Positions 1 to 9,801 of a stretch of 64,000 bases of DNA are shown here, one piece after another; position 1 is the stretch's first letter; each line of letters opens with the position of its first letter. The notes under the pieces were generated by a model. It saw only the letters and a list, made by a program, of their open reading frames with translations. It was not told where the DNA came from and ran no database searches. Both the position numbers and the translations under genes were made by a program. Source of the stretch: Candidatus Poribacteria bacterium (GTDB taxonomy: Bacteria; Poribacteria; WGA-4E; WGA-3G); the NCBI GenBank assembly GCA_009839745.1, contig VXPE01000036.1:4763-68762 (forward strand), read 5' to 3'.

Positions 1-372
1 GGTGAATTTGAACTCACGGCGGTGAAGGAGATGTCCTATCCTGAGGCGAAGCGCGAATTAATGCGCAGAAAAGGTATAGGTGAGAAAGTCGCCGATTGTG
101 TCTGTCTATTTTCACTTGGGCATCTTGCAGCACTACCGATTGATGTTTGGATAAAACGAATCTTTGAGACACTTTATCTGCGCAGGCGTGCTACGTATCC
201 TGAGATACGCGAGTTCGCGCATGGTTACTTCGGGGATAGCGTGGGGTACGCGCAACAGTACCTTTTTCACTACGTCCATGAATGTCAAGATTGGGCGGAT
301 GCTGAGCATCTATCACTGATTGAAACGAGTGTTACCGCTGCGGCGGAGAATCGCAAATCCGTCGCGAATTAA
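1..372 (+). CDS. ogg: 8-oxoguanine DNA glycosylase/AP lyase, OGG1-type HhH-GPD family (C-terminal part, 5' end off-window)
   Basis: Frame open from base 1 to TAA 370-372; HhH-GPD hallmark RRKGIGEKVADCVCLF followed by LPIDVWIKR. Confidence 0.7.
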   Translation, partial: GEFELTAVKEMSYPEAKRELMRRKGIGEKVADCVCLFSLGHLAALPIDVWIKRIFETLYLRRRATYPEIREFAHGYFGDSVGYAQQYLFHYVHECQDWADAEHLSLIETSVTAAAENRKSVAN

Positions 373-399
373 TAAACATACCATTTTGGAGGAATTAAT

Positions 400-801
400 A
401 TGTCTGACGCATTAGAACAAAGTATTGTATCGCTGCTGGAGGAACGTGTTGAACTTGCGATTTCAACCGTTCAGGAATTAAGAGCAGACAAACTGGAACT
501 GGAGGCTGAAATTGCCCGGCTCAACAGTGATTTACTGCAACGCGATGCACAGATTCAAGATCTTGAAGATCGTAATAGTAATCTTAGGGAGGAACTTGAC
601 TCAGAGCGTGCAACCGTTTCGGATGAACGATCAGAGATCCGCGAAAGACTTGAGGGTTTGATGGATGTTCTCGTTGCTTCAGATGAAAGTTCAGTAGATA
701 TAAACGATGAAATCACTTTTGAGGCAGCCCCTGATGAATCGGATGCGGATGTCTCTGAAGATGAGCCGTCAGTGAGCCCGAGAATCTTTGGGAGTGTTTA
801 G
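400..801 (+). CDS. hypothetical acidic coiled-coil protein
   Basis: GGAGG 7 nt upstream of ATG 400; heptad-rich LELEAEIARLNSDLLQRDAQIQDLEDRNSNLREEL and a very acidic C-terminus; no family recognised. Confidence 0.5.
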   Translation: MSDALEQSIVSLLEERVELAISTVQELRADKLELEAEIARLNSDLLQRDAQIQDLEDRNSNLREELDSERATVSDERSEIRERLEGLMDVLVASDESSVDINDEITFEAAPDESDADVSEDEPSVSPRIFGSV

Positions 802-815
802 GGACTTAATGACCC

Positions 816-1967
816 GTGCGTATCTTAGTCCTCTCTCATTCCTATATTATGAAGCCGTACCGACGAAAGTTCGCTCTCATCGCGGAACGTCCGGATGTCA
901 CATTACGGGTTGTCGTTCCTGCACGTTGGTATGAAAGTTTTCAAGATATTGTCTTTGAACCGGAGTTGGACACGCCGTGTGAAGAATTTCCATGTCCAAT
1001 ACGATTCTCGGGATACGGCAGTCGTTTTTACTACCGCCACGGTGTGAAGCCACACTTCCAAGATTTTCAACCGGATATTATCCACTTAGAAGAGGAGGCT
1101 TGGAGCCTTAATGCTCTACAGACAGTTCGGTTGAAACGCAAATATTGTCCAAACAGTCGTTTTATTTTTCGGACATCCCTGAGTATACCGACTAAACAGC
1201 GGTTTGGCTTTTTACCTGTGTGGATTGAACGCCGTGTTTTTCGAGAAACGGATAGAGCTTTCCCACTGAGTGTGAATGCTGGCAAGATCCTAACGCAACG
1301 CGGTTACACCGGACAGCAAACCCCGTTTCCGAACGGTGTTGATGTCCGGCATTTCTATAAAATGGATGTCAGCAAGTTGAAGACTTCATTGCAGCTCAGC
1401 GACTGTTTTGTCGTTGGTTACGTAGGTAGATTACTTCAGATGAAGGGAGTAGACACACTTCTTGAGGCTGTAGCGTCCCTTGTAAACCGAGATACGACGC
1501 GCACATATAAACTGCTAATCGTCGGACAAGGTGAGGATAAACCGCGTTTTCAAAAAACTGCTGAAACTCTTGGAATCTCTGGACATATTGTGTGGATAGA
1601 CGCGGTGCCTCCTGAAGCGGTAGCCGCCTATATTAATTGTATGGATACACTGGTGCTGCCATCTCGAACAACACCCGGATGGGTAGAATTTTTCGGTAGG
1701 GTGCTTATCGAAGCAATGGCATGCGAAGTACCGGTCGTCGGTTCAAATTCCGGCGAAATTCCGCATGTGATTGATAACGCGGGACTTACCTTCCCTGAAG
1801 GCGATATGGAGACTTTGGCAGAACAGATACATCGCATCACACACGATGCGCGTCTTCGGAACGATTTAGTTGAAGGTGGGCTTAACCGCGTCAAGGACTT
1901 CACATGGGAAACGATTGCGGAACAGACTTATCAGGTATATCAGGAGTTGCTTGAAGGTGCTTCGTAA
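816..1967 (+). CDS. glycosyltransferase family 4 (GT-B fold)
   Basis: GTG start giving typical MRILVLSHSY N-terminus; C-terminal GT1/GT4 signature EFFGRVLIEAMACEVPVVGSNSGEIPHVI. Confidence 0.8.
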   Translation: MRILVLSHSYIMKPYRRKFALIAERPDVTLRVVVPARWYESFQDIVFEPELDTPCEEFPCPIRFSGYGSRFYYRHGVKPHFQDFQPDIIHLEEEAWSLNALQTVRLKRKYCPNSRFIFRTSLSIPTKQRFGFLPVWIERRVFRETDRAFPLSVNAGKILTQRGYTGQQTPFPNGVDVRHFYKMDVSKLKTSLQLSDCFVVGYVGRLLQMKGVDTLLEAVASLVNRDTTRTYKLLIVGQGEDKPRFQKTAETLGISGHIVWIDAVPPEAVAAYINCMDTLVLPSRTTPGWVEFFGRVLIEAMACEVPVVGSNSGEIPHVIDNAGLTFPEGDMETLAEQIHRITHDARLRNDLVEGGLNRVKDFTWETIAEQTYQVYQELLEGAS

Positions 1968-1996
1968 GTCGGCAACTGGAATCAAAGAAAGGGAGA

Positions 1997-2080
1997 TGCC
2001 CCCGACTGGACTCGAACCAGTATGCCAATTAAGGCACAGGCCCTCAACCTGCTGTGTATACCAAATTCCACCACAGGGGC
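1997..2080 (-). tRNA. tRNA-Leu (anticodon GAG), type II with long variable arm, CCA not encoded
   Basis: Reverse complement folds as cloverleaf: acceptor GCCCCTG/CGGGGGC (+A73), anticodon stem GCAGG/CCTGT with loop TTGAGGG, 14-nt variable arm, T-arm ACTGG-TTCGAGT-CCAGT. Confidence 0.9.
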
Positions 2081-2093
2081 ATTGTTATGATTA

Positions 2094-2122
2094 ATTATAC
2101 TTTACTCGGGTAGCGATGTCAA
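2094..2122 (-). promoter_or_regulatory. consensus sigma70 promoter of tRNA-Leu (TTGACA-N17-TATAAT with upstream A-tract)
   Basis: Minus strand reads aaaaaaaTTTGACAtcgctacccgagtaaagTATAATtaa; -10 ends 13 nt before the mature tRNA 5' end (2080). Confidence 0.65.
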
Positions 2123-2128
2123 ATTTTT

Positions 2129-5128
2129 TTGGGGAGGATAAAAAAGGAACGGTCGCGATTATCTCTCGCGATGTTTACAGTTTTTTGGACTACAAATATG
2201 GACCCTTCTACATTGGAAACCCTTGAACAACAATTATCCAATACGCTTGCAGGAGAGGTGCGCTTCGATTTGTATTCTAAGGCCCTCTATAGCACGGACG
2301 CGAGCCTCTACCAAATACAGCCGATAGGTGTTGTAATCCCGAAAGATAGCCAAGATGTTATTAAGACTGTGCAAATTGCGGCAGCACGCAATATTCCGAT
2401 CCTCCCGCGCGGTGGCGGCACGAGTCTCGCTGGACAGAGTGTCGGTAAGGCAATCGTGTTGGACATGTCCAAATACATGAATCAACTCCTTGAGGTAAAT
2501 GTCGCAGAGCGTTGGGCGCGCGTGCAACCCGGTATTGTCTTAGACGAACTGAACCATAAGTTAAAACCTCACGGTTTGATGTATGCCCCTGATGTCGCTA
2601 CGAGCAGCCGAGCGAACGTCGGTGGCACCATTGGAAACAACTCCGCGGGTTCGCATTCCCTCATCTACGGTAAAACCATTGATCACGTCATGTCGCTTGA
2701 TTTAGTGCTTTCCAACGCTGATGAAATCACAGCATCCCCCATTTCCATTGCAGAATTAGAGACTAAAAAACAGTGCAACACATTAGAGGCAAACATCTAT
2801 CGTGAACTTTGCCGAGTGTGTGCGGACAACGAAGATGAGATCCGTAAACGCTATCCTCGTATCCTGCGTCGCGTTGCGGGTTACAATCTCGATGAGTTTA
2901 TTCCAAATGCTGGTTCAAAAGAGGTTACACCTTATCGTCGTGATGGATGTGACGCAGACCATCCGTTTAGCTTGACGAAAATCCTCGTCGGCTCTGAAGG
3001 GACACTTGCAACGACGCTTGAGGCGACAATAAACCTCGTGCCGATTCCTAAATTGACCGCTTTGTGCGTTGTACACTTCGAGTCACTTGTCGGTTCCATG
3101 GAGGCGATGCAACCTATCTTGGAATGCAATCCGACTGCCGTAGAACTTATAGATAAGACTATCCTTGATATGGCGCGGGGTTCACTGGAATTTTCGCGGC
3201 TTACGACTTTTATACAAGGCGAACCTGCCGCACTGCTTGCTGTTGAATTTTACGGTGAAACTCAAGCGGAATTGGAGTCGCAGTTAGACAGGCTTGAAAA
3301 AACGCTGAAAAGTACTAGCTTCGGTTATGCATTCGTGCGCTGTTTTACCAGTGAGGAGAAGTCCCGCGTCTGGGAAACTCGGAAAGCAGGACTTGGCTTG
3401 TTAATGGGGATGAAGGGTGATGCGAAGCCGGTTGGTTTCGTCGAAGATGCCGCGGTGCCGATAGAGAACTTACCGGAATACGTCCGTAGATTTGATGAGA
3501 TTGTTACATCACACGATACGACTGCTGCCTACTACGCGCACGCGAGCGTTGGATTATTACACAACCGTCCTATCGTCAATCTCAAATCTGAAACCGATAT
3601 TCAGAAGATGCACGACATCGCCAGCGAGGTCCGAGACCTACTCATGGAATTAGACGGTGCGATGAGCGGTGAACATGGCGACGGTCTCGTCCGCAGTGAG
3701 TGGATAGAGAGCATGTTCGGTCCGCAGATATATCAAGCCCTCGCTGCAGTGAAAAAAGCGTTTGATCCGAACGGGATCATGAATCCGGGTAAAATCGTTG
3801 ATGCACCCCTGATGACAGAAAATCTCCGCTTCGGGACAGACTATAACACCATTAAGGTTGATACTTACTTCGATTTTTCCAGTCAAGACGGATTTGGCGG
3901 AGCAATCGAAATGTGCAACGGTGTCGGTGCGTGTCGGAAAACACTGACAGGCACGATGTGCCCGTCTTTTATTGGGACACGCGAAGAGGAGCACTCGACA
4001 CGTGGCCGTGCAAATGCGCTCCGATCCATTATTTCAGGTGCGTTGCCACATACGGAACTCACAAGTGAACGACTTCAAGAAGTATTAGACTTATGTCTGG
4101 GATGCAAAGCGTGTAAGGCGGAATGTCCATCAAATGTAGATATGGCGAAGATTAAGTATGAAGTCCTTGCACATTATCATAAAGCAAACGGTTTACCGTT
4201 GCACCGACGTTTGTTTGGTGAAATCGGTGCGCTCGCGCCTTTAGGCTCAATGTTCTCACCTTTCTCGAACTGGGCAGTCAATAACGGGTTTTCCAAATGG
4301 GTTGCCGAGAAACTCATCGGTGTTGATCGGCGGCGCGATATGCCGACTTTCGTGCGCCCTACCCATGAACAGTGGTTCCGAAAGCGGAAATCCCGACGAA
4401 GATCGGACAAAAAGGTGGTTCTTTTTTCGGATACCTTTATGAATTACAGCGAACCCTCTATCGGCAAAGCTGCGGTGGAATTGCTCGAAGCATGTGGCTT
4501 TGAAGTATTACTGCCGAAAAAAAAGTGTTGTGGACGCCCTCTTATCTCCGAGGGAATGCTTGACCGAGCCGTTGCGAATGCGAGTTACAATATTGACGCA
4601 CTTCGCGGTTATGCTGACGCGGGAATTCCAATTGTCGGGTGTGAACCGAGTTGTACCTCTGCTATCACTGATGATTACGTCGAGTTAATCGGCACGCCTG
4701 CCGCGAAAGGTGTTGCTGAGGCGACTTGTTCGTTCGAGGAATTTCTTGTCCAACTTGCTGACAAGGGTGAATTGCCCTTGGAATTCTCGGTAGAACCGCG
4801 TGATGTATTGCTGCATGGACATTGTCATCAGCGAGCACTTGTCGGTACTCAGCCGACTGTGAAGATGTTAAGTTTGCCATCGGAACACAATGTCACTGTG
4901 ATCGATTCGAGTTGTTGTGGCATGGCGGGTGCGTTCGGATACGAGAAGGCACACTATGACCTCTCTATGAAAATTGGCGAATTGAGACTTTTTGAGGCTG
5001 TTCGTGAGAAATCACCGGGTAGTTTTGCGTTGAGTGCTGCTGGCTTTTCTTGTAGACATCAACTGGAACATGGGACGGGTGTTCAACCGAAACACCCGAT
5101 TGAAATCTTACATGAGGCGGCAAGGTAA
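2129..5128 (+). CDS. FAD-linked oxidase fused to 4Fe-4S/cysteine-rich (CCG) domains (GlcD-GlcF-like glycolate/D-lactate dehydrogenase type)
   Basis: FAD_binding_4 motif PRGGGTSLAGQS; two ferredoxin-type clusters (CNGVGACRKTLTGTMCP, CLGCKACKAECP); C-terminal KKCCGRP and SSCCGMAG. Start uncertain (TTG 2129, ATG 2171 or ATG 2198). Confidence 0.8.
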   Translation: MGRIKKERSRLSLAMFTVFWTTNMDPSTLETLEQQLSNTLAGEVRFDLYSKALYSTDASLYQIQPIGVVIPKDSQDVIKTVQIAAARNIPILPRGGGTSLAGQSVGKAIVLDMSKYMNQLLEVNVAERWARVQPGIVLDELNHKLKPHGLMYAPDVATSSRANVGGTIGNNSAGSHSLIYGKTIDHVMSLDLVLSNADEITASPISIAELETKKQCNTLEANIYRELCRVCADNEDEIRKRYPRILRRVAGYNLDEFIPNAGSKEVTPYRRDGCDADHPFSLTKILVGSEGTLATTLEATINLVPIPKLTALCVVHFESLVGSMEAMQPILECNPTAVELIDKTILDMARGSLEFSRLTTFIQGEPAALLAVEFYGETQAELESQLDRLEKTLKSTSFGYAFVRCFTSEEKSRVWETRKAGLGLLMGMKGDAKPVGFVEDAAVPIENLPEYVRRFDEIVTSHDTTAAYYAHASVGLLHNRPIVNLKSETDIQKMHDIASEVRDLLMELDGAMSGEHGDGLVRSEWIESMFGPQIYQALAAVKKAFDPNGIMNPGKIVDAPLMTENLRFGTDYNTIKVDTYFDFSSQDGFGGAIEMCNGVGACRKTLTGTMCPSFIGTREEEHSTRGRANALRSIISGALPHTELTSERLQEVLDLCLGCKACKAECPSNVDMAKIKYEVLAHYHKANGLPLHRRLFGEIGALAPLGSMFSPFSNWAVNNGFSKWVAEKLIGVDRRRDMPTFVRPTHEQWFRKRKSRRRSDKKVVLFSDTFMNYSEPSIGKAAVELLEACGFEVLLPKKKCCGRPLISEGMLDRAVANASYNIDALRGYADAGIPIVGCEPSCTSAITDDYVELIGTPAAKGVAEATCSFEEFLVQLADKGELPLEFSVEPRDVLLHGHCHQRALVGTQPTVKMLSLPSEHNVTVIDSSCCGMAGAFGYEKAHYDLSMKIGELRLFEAVREKSPGSFALSAAGFSCRHQLEHGTGVQPKHPIEILHEAAR

Positions 5129-5138
5129 AATCAAAAAA

Positions 5139-6569
5139 ATGTCTAAGATTTATCAACCGCTTGACGATTTCAGGATCGTTGAATTACCAGAGAAACAGTT
5201 ACCTTTTTGGAAAATTGCGGGTCCCGGTGCTATCTTGGTTGGTCTGTCTATTGGTGCGGGTGAGAGTGTGATTTGGCCTCTCATCGCTGCTGAATATGGC
5301 GGGAGCATGATCTGGGCGGCGGTACTCGGCGTATTCCTTCAACTCTGGATAAACTTTGAAGTCGGACGCTGGACGATCGCTACAGGCGAGACAGTGTATA
5401 CGGGATACAACCGTATCTGGCGGGGCTTCGCCCCCTTGTTCATTCTCCTGACTGTGGTGGGTTGGATAGCACCCGGATGGGCACGGACATCGGGACTTGC
5501 GCTCAAAGCACTCATACTTGGACCCGGGGGTTGGGGTCCCGATACCTTTTGGACAATGGTAACATTTGCTGGGGTCGCGGTCATCCTTTTTGGACCCAAG
5601 ATGATTTACCAATCCGTTGAACGGACGGTTGAGGTGCTCGTTGCCATTGTAACAATCGGGTTAATTCTGGTTGCCATCGCTGTCGGCTCAATGGAAACCT
5701 GGCAGAAACTCGGTTCTGGTTTGATAAATGTTGGATATATAGACCCAGGTATGTCGGTCAAAAAATTGTTCAGTGCGTTAGTTTTTGCAGGGGCAGGGGG
5801 AACAGCAAATCTCTTTTACACGTTCTATCTACGGGATAAAAACATCGGTATGGGTGCGCAGCTGCCAGGACTACAGAACCCGCTTCGAGGCAGGAGCGAA
5901 AAGGTGCCCGCGACAGGGTTTCTTTTTGAGGCGACGGCGGAAAACCGAAAACGCTTCACTGAATGGTGGCAATATGTGAAAAAAGATCAGATACTGTTCT
6001 TTTGGGCACTCAACACATTCACGATTCTGCTCTTTATTTTCGGTGCGCTCGCGGTTTTACATCCCCAAGGCATTGTCCCTGAACAAGGCAAACTTATCTA
6101 CGACGAAGCACAGATATTAGGCGAAATCTGGGGCGTGGCGGGGCAGCGGATCTTCTTATTGGTTGGTGTTGCGACGCTTTTTGGCACGCAACTTGCCCTC
6201 GTTGATGGTGTGGCGCGTTCGGTTTCCGACATCATCTACACCAACTTCCGAGGGGCACAAAGACGAAACTTAAGCTGGTGGTATCTCCTGATTGCAGGCA
6301 TCTGGATCGTCGGTGGGTGTGTCATCACTTTCGTTATGGAGCAGTTAAACGTCAGTGAATTAGGATTCCTCTTTAATGCAGCGTACATGGGCGGTTTCGC
6401 TATGGCGATTTATGTGCCGCTTACGCTTTACATGAACTACCGTTTTCTGCCTGATTTCGCAAAACCGAAACGGCTTTCTACCTTCATGATGGTTATCGCT
6501 TCATGTGTCTATATCGGGTTTGCGATTTCAAGTATTGTCTGGGAAGTTAAACAATTAATTGGAGGTTAG
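5139..6569 (+). CDS. NRAMP-family-like transporter (non-canonical metal-site residues)
   Basis: ATG 5139 just after upstream stop 5126-5128; polytopic membrane protein with Nramp-like TM1 GPGAILVGLSIGAGESVIWP; track ORF start 5034 overlaps upstream gene and is unlikely. Confidence 0.6.
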   Translation: MSKIYQPLDDFRIVELPEKQLPFWKIAGPGAILVGLSIGAGESVIWPLIAAEYGGSMIWAAVLGVFLQLWINFEVGRWTIATGETVYTGYNRIWRGFAPLFILLTVVGWIAPGWARTSGLALKALILGPGGWGPDTFWTMVTFAGVAVILFGPKMIYQSVERTVEVLVAIVTIGLILVAIAVGSMETWQKLGSGLINVGYIDPGMSVKKLFSALVFAGAGGTANLFYTFYLRDKNIGMGAQLPGLQNPLRGRSEKVPATGFLFEATAENRKRFTEWWQYVKKDQILFFWALNTFTILLFIFGALAVLHPQGIVPEQGKLIYDEAQILGEIWGVAGQRIFLLVGVATLFGTQLALVDGVARSVSDIIYTNFRGAQRRNLSWWYLLIAGIWIVGGCVITFVMEQLNVSELGFLFNAAYMGGFAMAIYVPLTLYMNYRFLPDFAKPKRLSTFMMVIASCVYIGFAISSIVWEVKQLIGG

Positions 6570-6570
6570 C

Positions 6571-7392
6571 ATGGATTTGAAGGAGCGGAAAGCGTTTTTT
6601 GAAAAGGAAGGTTACCTCGTTTTTGAGAATCTGTTATCGGCAGCAGAAGTCGAAACCTGCCAAGCAGAGATCCACCGTTTGCATCAGTTTGCTGCAGGAC
6701 AGGAGTCCGATCCTGAGAAGGAACGGGCAGCGGTCGCACGTCGGCACGTCCAGCAGGAACCGTTCGCCCAAGATGAAACACAAGGGAATAATTTACCTGT
6801 GCTGCGGAAGGCAGAAAATACGCGTCAGTACTCCGATGTATTTCGGGACCTCGCACAACATCCGAAACTCATTAGCGTTGTTCAAGAACTGATTGGAACA
6901 GAAGACTTATTGCTTTTTAGAAGCACACTGATGTTCAAACCGGCGTTTCATGGCTCTTCGCATGGATTGCACCAAGATTCGGCGTATTGGCCCATGGAAC
7001 CCCCGAGCCTTGTTACCGTGAGTATTGCCCTCAATGACGCTACAGTCGAAAACGGTTGTTTCAAGGTAATTCCAAGAAGCCACCACTGGGGAATGCAGTC
7101 GTGGGGACATATCGCACGTCAGCAGGATGCAGCACTGACTGATCGGGAGGAAGTCTCGGAACAACAACTGGACGTTCCACTTTCTGCGGGAAGTGCTCTA
7201 TTTTTCCACAGTTTAATGGTCCACGGTTCTGGACCAAACACCACGCCTCATCCTCGGAACACGGCGTTGTATGCTTACTTTTCGCCGCAGGTCCGGTATG
7301 TGCCGAAAGATGGCAAGCCGGGGAACAAAACATTTCCGGTGGTTGCGGGACTCAGTGGCAAAACAGAACTGACGCTTGTCGCCCAAACATAG
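6571..7392 (+). CDS. phytanoyl-CoA dioxygenase (PhyH) family Fe(II)/2-oxoglutarate oxygenase
   Basis: GGAGG then ATG 6571, directly after Nramp-like stop 6567-6569; FFEKEGYLVFENLLS N-terminus, HGLHQDSAYW (HxD) and distal MVHGSGPN His. Confidence 0.75.
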   Translation: MDLKERKAFFEKEGYLVFENLLSAAEVETCQAEIHRLHQFAAGQESDPEKERAAVARRHVQQEPFAQDETQGNNLPVLRKAENTRQYSDVFRDLAQHPKLISVVQELIGTEDLLLFRSTLMFKPAFHGSSHGLHQDSAYWPMEPPSLVTVSIALNDATVENGCFKVIPRSHHWGMQSWGHIARQQDAALTDREEVSEQQLDVPLSAGSALFFHSLMVHGSGPNTTPHPRNTALYAYFSPQVRYVPKDGKPGNKTFPVVAGLSGKTELTLVAQT

Positions 7393-7445
7393 GAAGTTTT
7401 CGAGTAGAAATTCCACATTTTACGGAGGGCTATACTGCTATCCCT

Positions 7446-8384
7446 ATGGACGAAATTACCCAAGATGTTTCGGAAGAAAAAAATCGCCAGATGCCTGTTA
7501 TCAGAAAACAGGACAGGGCGGAAGTCGTACCTGTGAAACCTAATGCCCTTGCTGTTTATGAGGAACAACAGGAATCTGATCGTGAAAAAAAAGGGTTCTT
7601 CGGGAAATCAGGTCGAAAGTCGGTATTGTCCGGCGAACAACTGACGCAGTTAATTCAAGAGAACATTCAGGCACTTCCTGAACACGAAGGACAATTCTTA
7701 CGTGCGATCTTCGCCTTGAAAACATTGACGGTGCAGGAGGTGATGGTTCCGTTGTCAGAGATAGTTCCGTTAATAGTGGGATCGCCATGTTCTGAGATTC
7801 CAAAGTATTATCGCGCCTCGAGTTATCGTTACATCCCTGTTTATAACGAACGTGTTGATTGGTTGATTGGCATCGTTGATGCCATGGAAATCGCCACAAC
7901 CGAACAACAGGACCAGGATTTAGCGATATTTGTAAAGGAGACGCGTTATGTTCCTGCACTGAAGTCCGCCTTAGATTTACTAAACGAGTTGAGGCACTCC
8001 GAGGTCCCTATAGCGATAGTGGTTAATGAACACGGAAGTTGCATAGGTATCGTAGAATTAATAGACATTTTGGAAAAGATTGTCGGAGACATAGCGACAA
8101 ACCGGAAGCGGGAGACCCCTCGCGTGGAGCAACTCGAGCAGAACGAGTGGCGGATTGATGCGCGCGTGTTAATTCCTGAAGTGAATACGGCATTGGATAC
8201 TGATATTCCAAGGGATCGGTGTGATACCATTGGTGGCTTTATCCTCATGTTGCTCGGTCGCCTACCAGAACCAGGCGAAACAATTGCATACGAAAACCTC
8301 GAATTCACTGTAGACGAAGTCTTCAAATATCGCATTTCTGCGATCCGTATCCTGAAAAAAACCGAGCAACACACTAATCAATGA
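7446..8384 (+). CDS. CBS-pair / CorC_HlyC transporter-associated domain protein (no DUF21 membrane domain)
   Basis: CBS-pair region (LTVQEVMVPLSEIV ... VPIAIVVNEHGSCIGIVELIDILEKIVGDI) followed by CorC_HlyC-like C-terminus (WRIDARV...IGGFILMLLGRLPEPGE). Confidence 0.7.
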   Translation: MDEITQDVSEEKNRQMPVIRKQDRAEVVPVKPNALAVYEEQQESDREKKGFFGKSGRKSVLSGEQLTQLIQENIQALPEHEGQFLRAIFALKTLTVQEVMVPLSEIVPLIVGSPCSEIPKYYRASSYRYIPVYNERVDWLIGIVDAMEIATTEQQDQDLAIFVKETRYVPALKSALDLLNELRHSEVPIAIVVNEHGSCIGIVELIDILEKIVGDIATNRKRETPRVEQLEQNEWRIDARVLIPEVNTALDTDIPRDRCDTIGGFILMLLGRLPEPGETIAYENLEFTVDEVFKYRISAIRILKKTEQHTNQ

Positions 8385-8424
8385 GGTCAGGACGGACGCA
8401 ATTTTGACGATAGGAGGCTCCATT

Positions 8425-8559
8425 ATGCAACTGAAACGTTCTCGCCGCCACATTTTCAAAAGAACGCGTATCCGAGCATTAATTGTGTGGTATCTCATTC
8501 TACTCGGGACTATCATCATTCTTGTCTGGAAAATGCCAGCGATTGTTTCGCGTTTGTAA
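8425..8559 (+). CDS. hypothetical small membrane protein (44 aa)
   Basis: TAGGAGG 6-7 nt upstream of ATG 8425; MQLKRSRRHIFKRTRIRALIVWYLILLGTIIILVWKMPAIVSRL = basic N-terminus + one TM helix; below the track's size cutoff. Confidence 0.3.
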   Translation: MQLKRSRRHIFKRTRIRALIVWYLILLGTIIILVWKMPAIVSRL

Positions 8560-8779
8560 TGGTAAAATTTTTTGACAAAAATACCACCTCATCGCATTCT
8601 AAACGTTTTTTACTTGATTTGGTTACGTTTGCGCGGTATTTTATTTATAAACCAAGTTGCTATTGACAAGATTTTCGAGAGATAGACATCTTTTGCGTTG
8701 GAATCAGTTCAAAAGCGGAGTGGATTTCGCAGCATCGGAGACAGTCCGAGAAGCGAAAGAACAAAGGAGGATTTATTGG

Positions 8780-9754
8780 ATGTATACGCTTATCTTAATG
8801 TCAACTCGCAAGAATTCGGTGCGCCAGTACACCATTAACCGAGGACATATATTGCTTTTCGCTTGTGTTCTTGTCCTCCTATGTGTTGCGGGGATCGGAG
8901 GTGTAAACTACGGACTTTTTCAAAAGGATCAGAGAATTAGTGCTGAAGAGCAGTTACAAGCAAGCACAACCAAGAAAATTGAAGAAATCACACAGGCAAA
9001 ACTCACGGTTGAATCGGAACTCGCTGCCCTTAATGAGGAGATGGCAGATATCCATGAGATGATAGAACACATTCGGCAAGCTTTAGGGATATTGGGTCAA
9101 GGTGGCGGGGAGAATAGTATTGCTGGGGACTTCAAAGGGGCTGAGGGCTTAAATGAGACTCAGCAGGAAAACGTATCAGGGATTGGTAACATCGCAGAGG
9201 ATACACACGAACAACAGCAAGCCTTAACAGTGAGTCTCCTGAAGCAGAAAGTTCTGAGCCTCTATAACTATGTCAGCGAACATCAAAAACAGCTTGACGA
9301 ATATCCTTCGATTCTACCCATCAAACTTCAACAAGAAAACGGAAAGATATACACTTATTGGTATTCTTCTGGTTTTGGATGGCGGATGCATCCGTTGACG
9401 AAGCAACGCGAATTTCACCAAGGTCTTGATATAAAAGCGCAAGAAGGGGTTCCTGTCATTGCTGCTGCTGCTGGTACAATTGTGGAAGTCAAACAGAAGG
9501 GGTATTTAGGAAAAACGATCGAGATCGAGCACCTGAGATCACAGATGAAAACGTTGTATGCCCATTTGCAAGATTACGCGGAGGATCTCAAAGTGGGAGA
9601 GCAAGTGACACGCGGTCAACTGATAGGCTACGTCGGGAACACCGGCCGTAGCACTGGCGCACACCTTCATTACGGCATTTATAGTGAGCAAAAAGAGCAG
9701 TGGGTAAACCCAATAAAATATATTTTAGATCAGCAACCAGTGATTTCACCGTAA
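8780..9754 (+). CDS. M23 family metallopeptidase (LytM-type) with N-terminal TM anchor and coiled coil
   Basis: AAGGAGG upstream of ATG 8780; M23 motifs HQGLDI ... GNTGRSTGAHLHYGIY. Confidence 0.85.
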   Translation: MYTLILMSTRKNSVRQYTINRGHILLFACVLVLLCVAGIGGVNYGLFQKDQRISAEEQLQASTTKKIEEITQAKLTVESELAALNEEMADIHEMIEHIRQALGILGQGGGENSIAGDFKGAEGLNETQQENVSGIGNIAEDTHEQQQALTVSLLKQKVLSLYNYVSEHQKQLDEYPSILPIKLQQENGKIYTYWYSSGFGWRMHPLTKQREFHQGLDIKAQEGVPVIAAAAGTIVEVKQKGYLGKTIEIEHLRSQMKTLYAHLQDYAEDLKVGEQVTRGQLIGYVGNTGRSTGAHLHYGIYSEQKEQWVNPIKYILDQQPVISP

Positions 9755-9801
9755 CCGCATGCCTTGCGTATGCCTCCGCGTGAAAAAGGAGCAGGAAATA
9801 T

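Noticed and set aside
6182-6196. Second exact TGGCAC-N5-TTGC match (TGGCACGCAACTTGC) on the plus strand
   Set aside because: It lies in the middle of the Nramp-like coding sequence with no downstream gene start. It is probably a chance occurrence, and it shows that a single motif match is weak evidence on its own.
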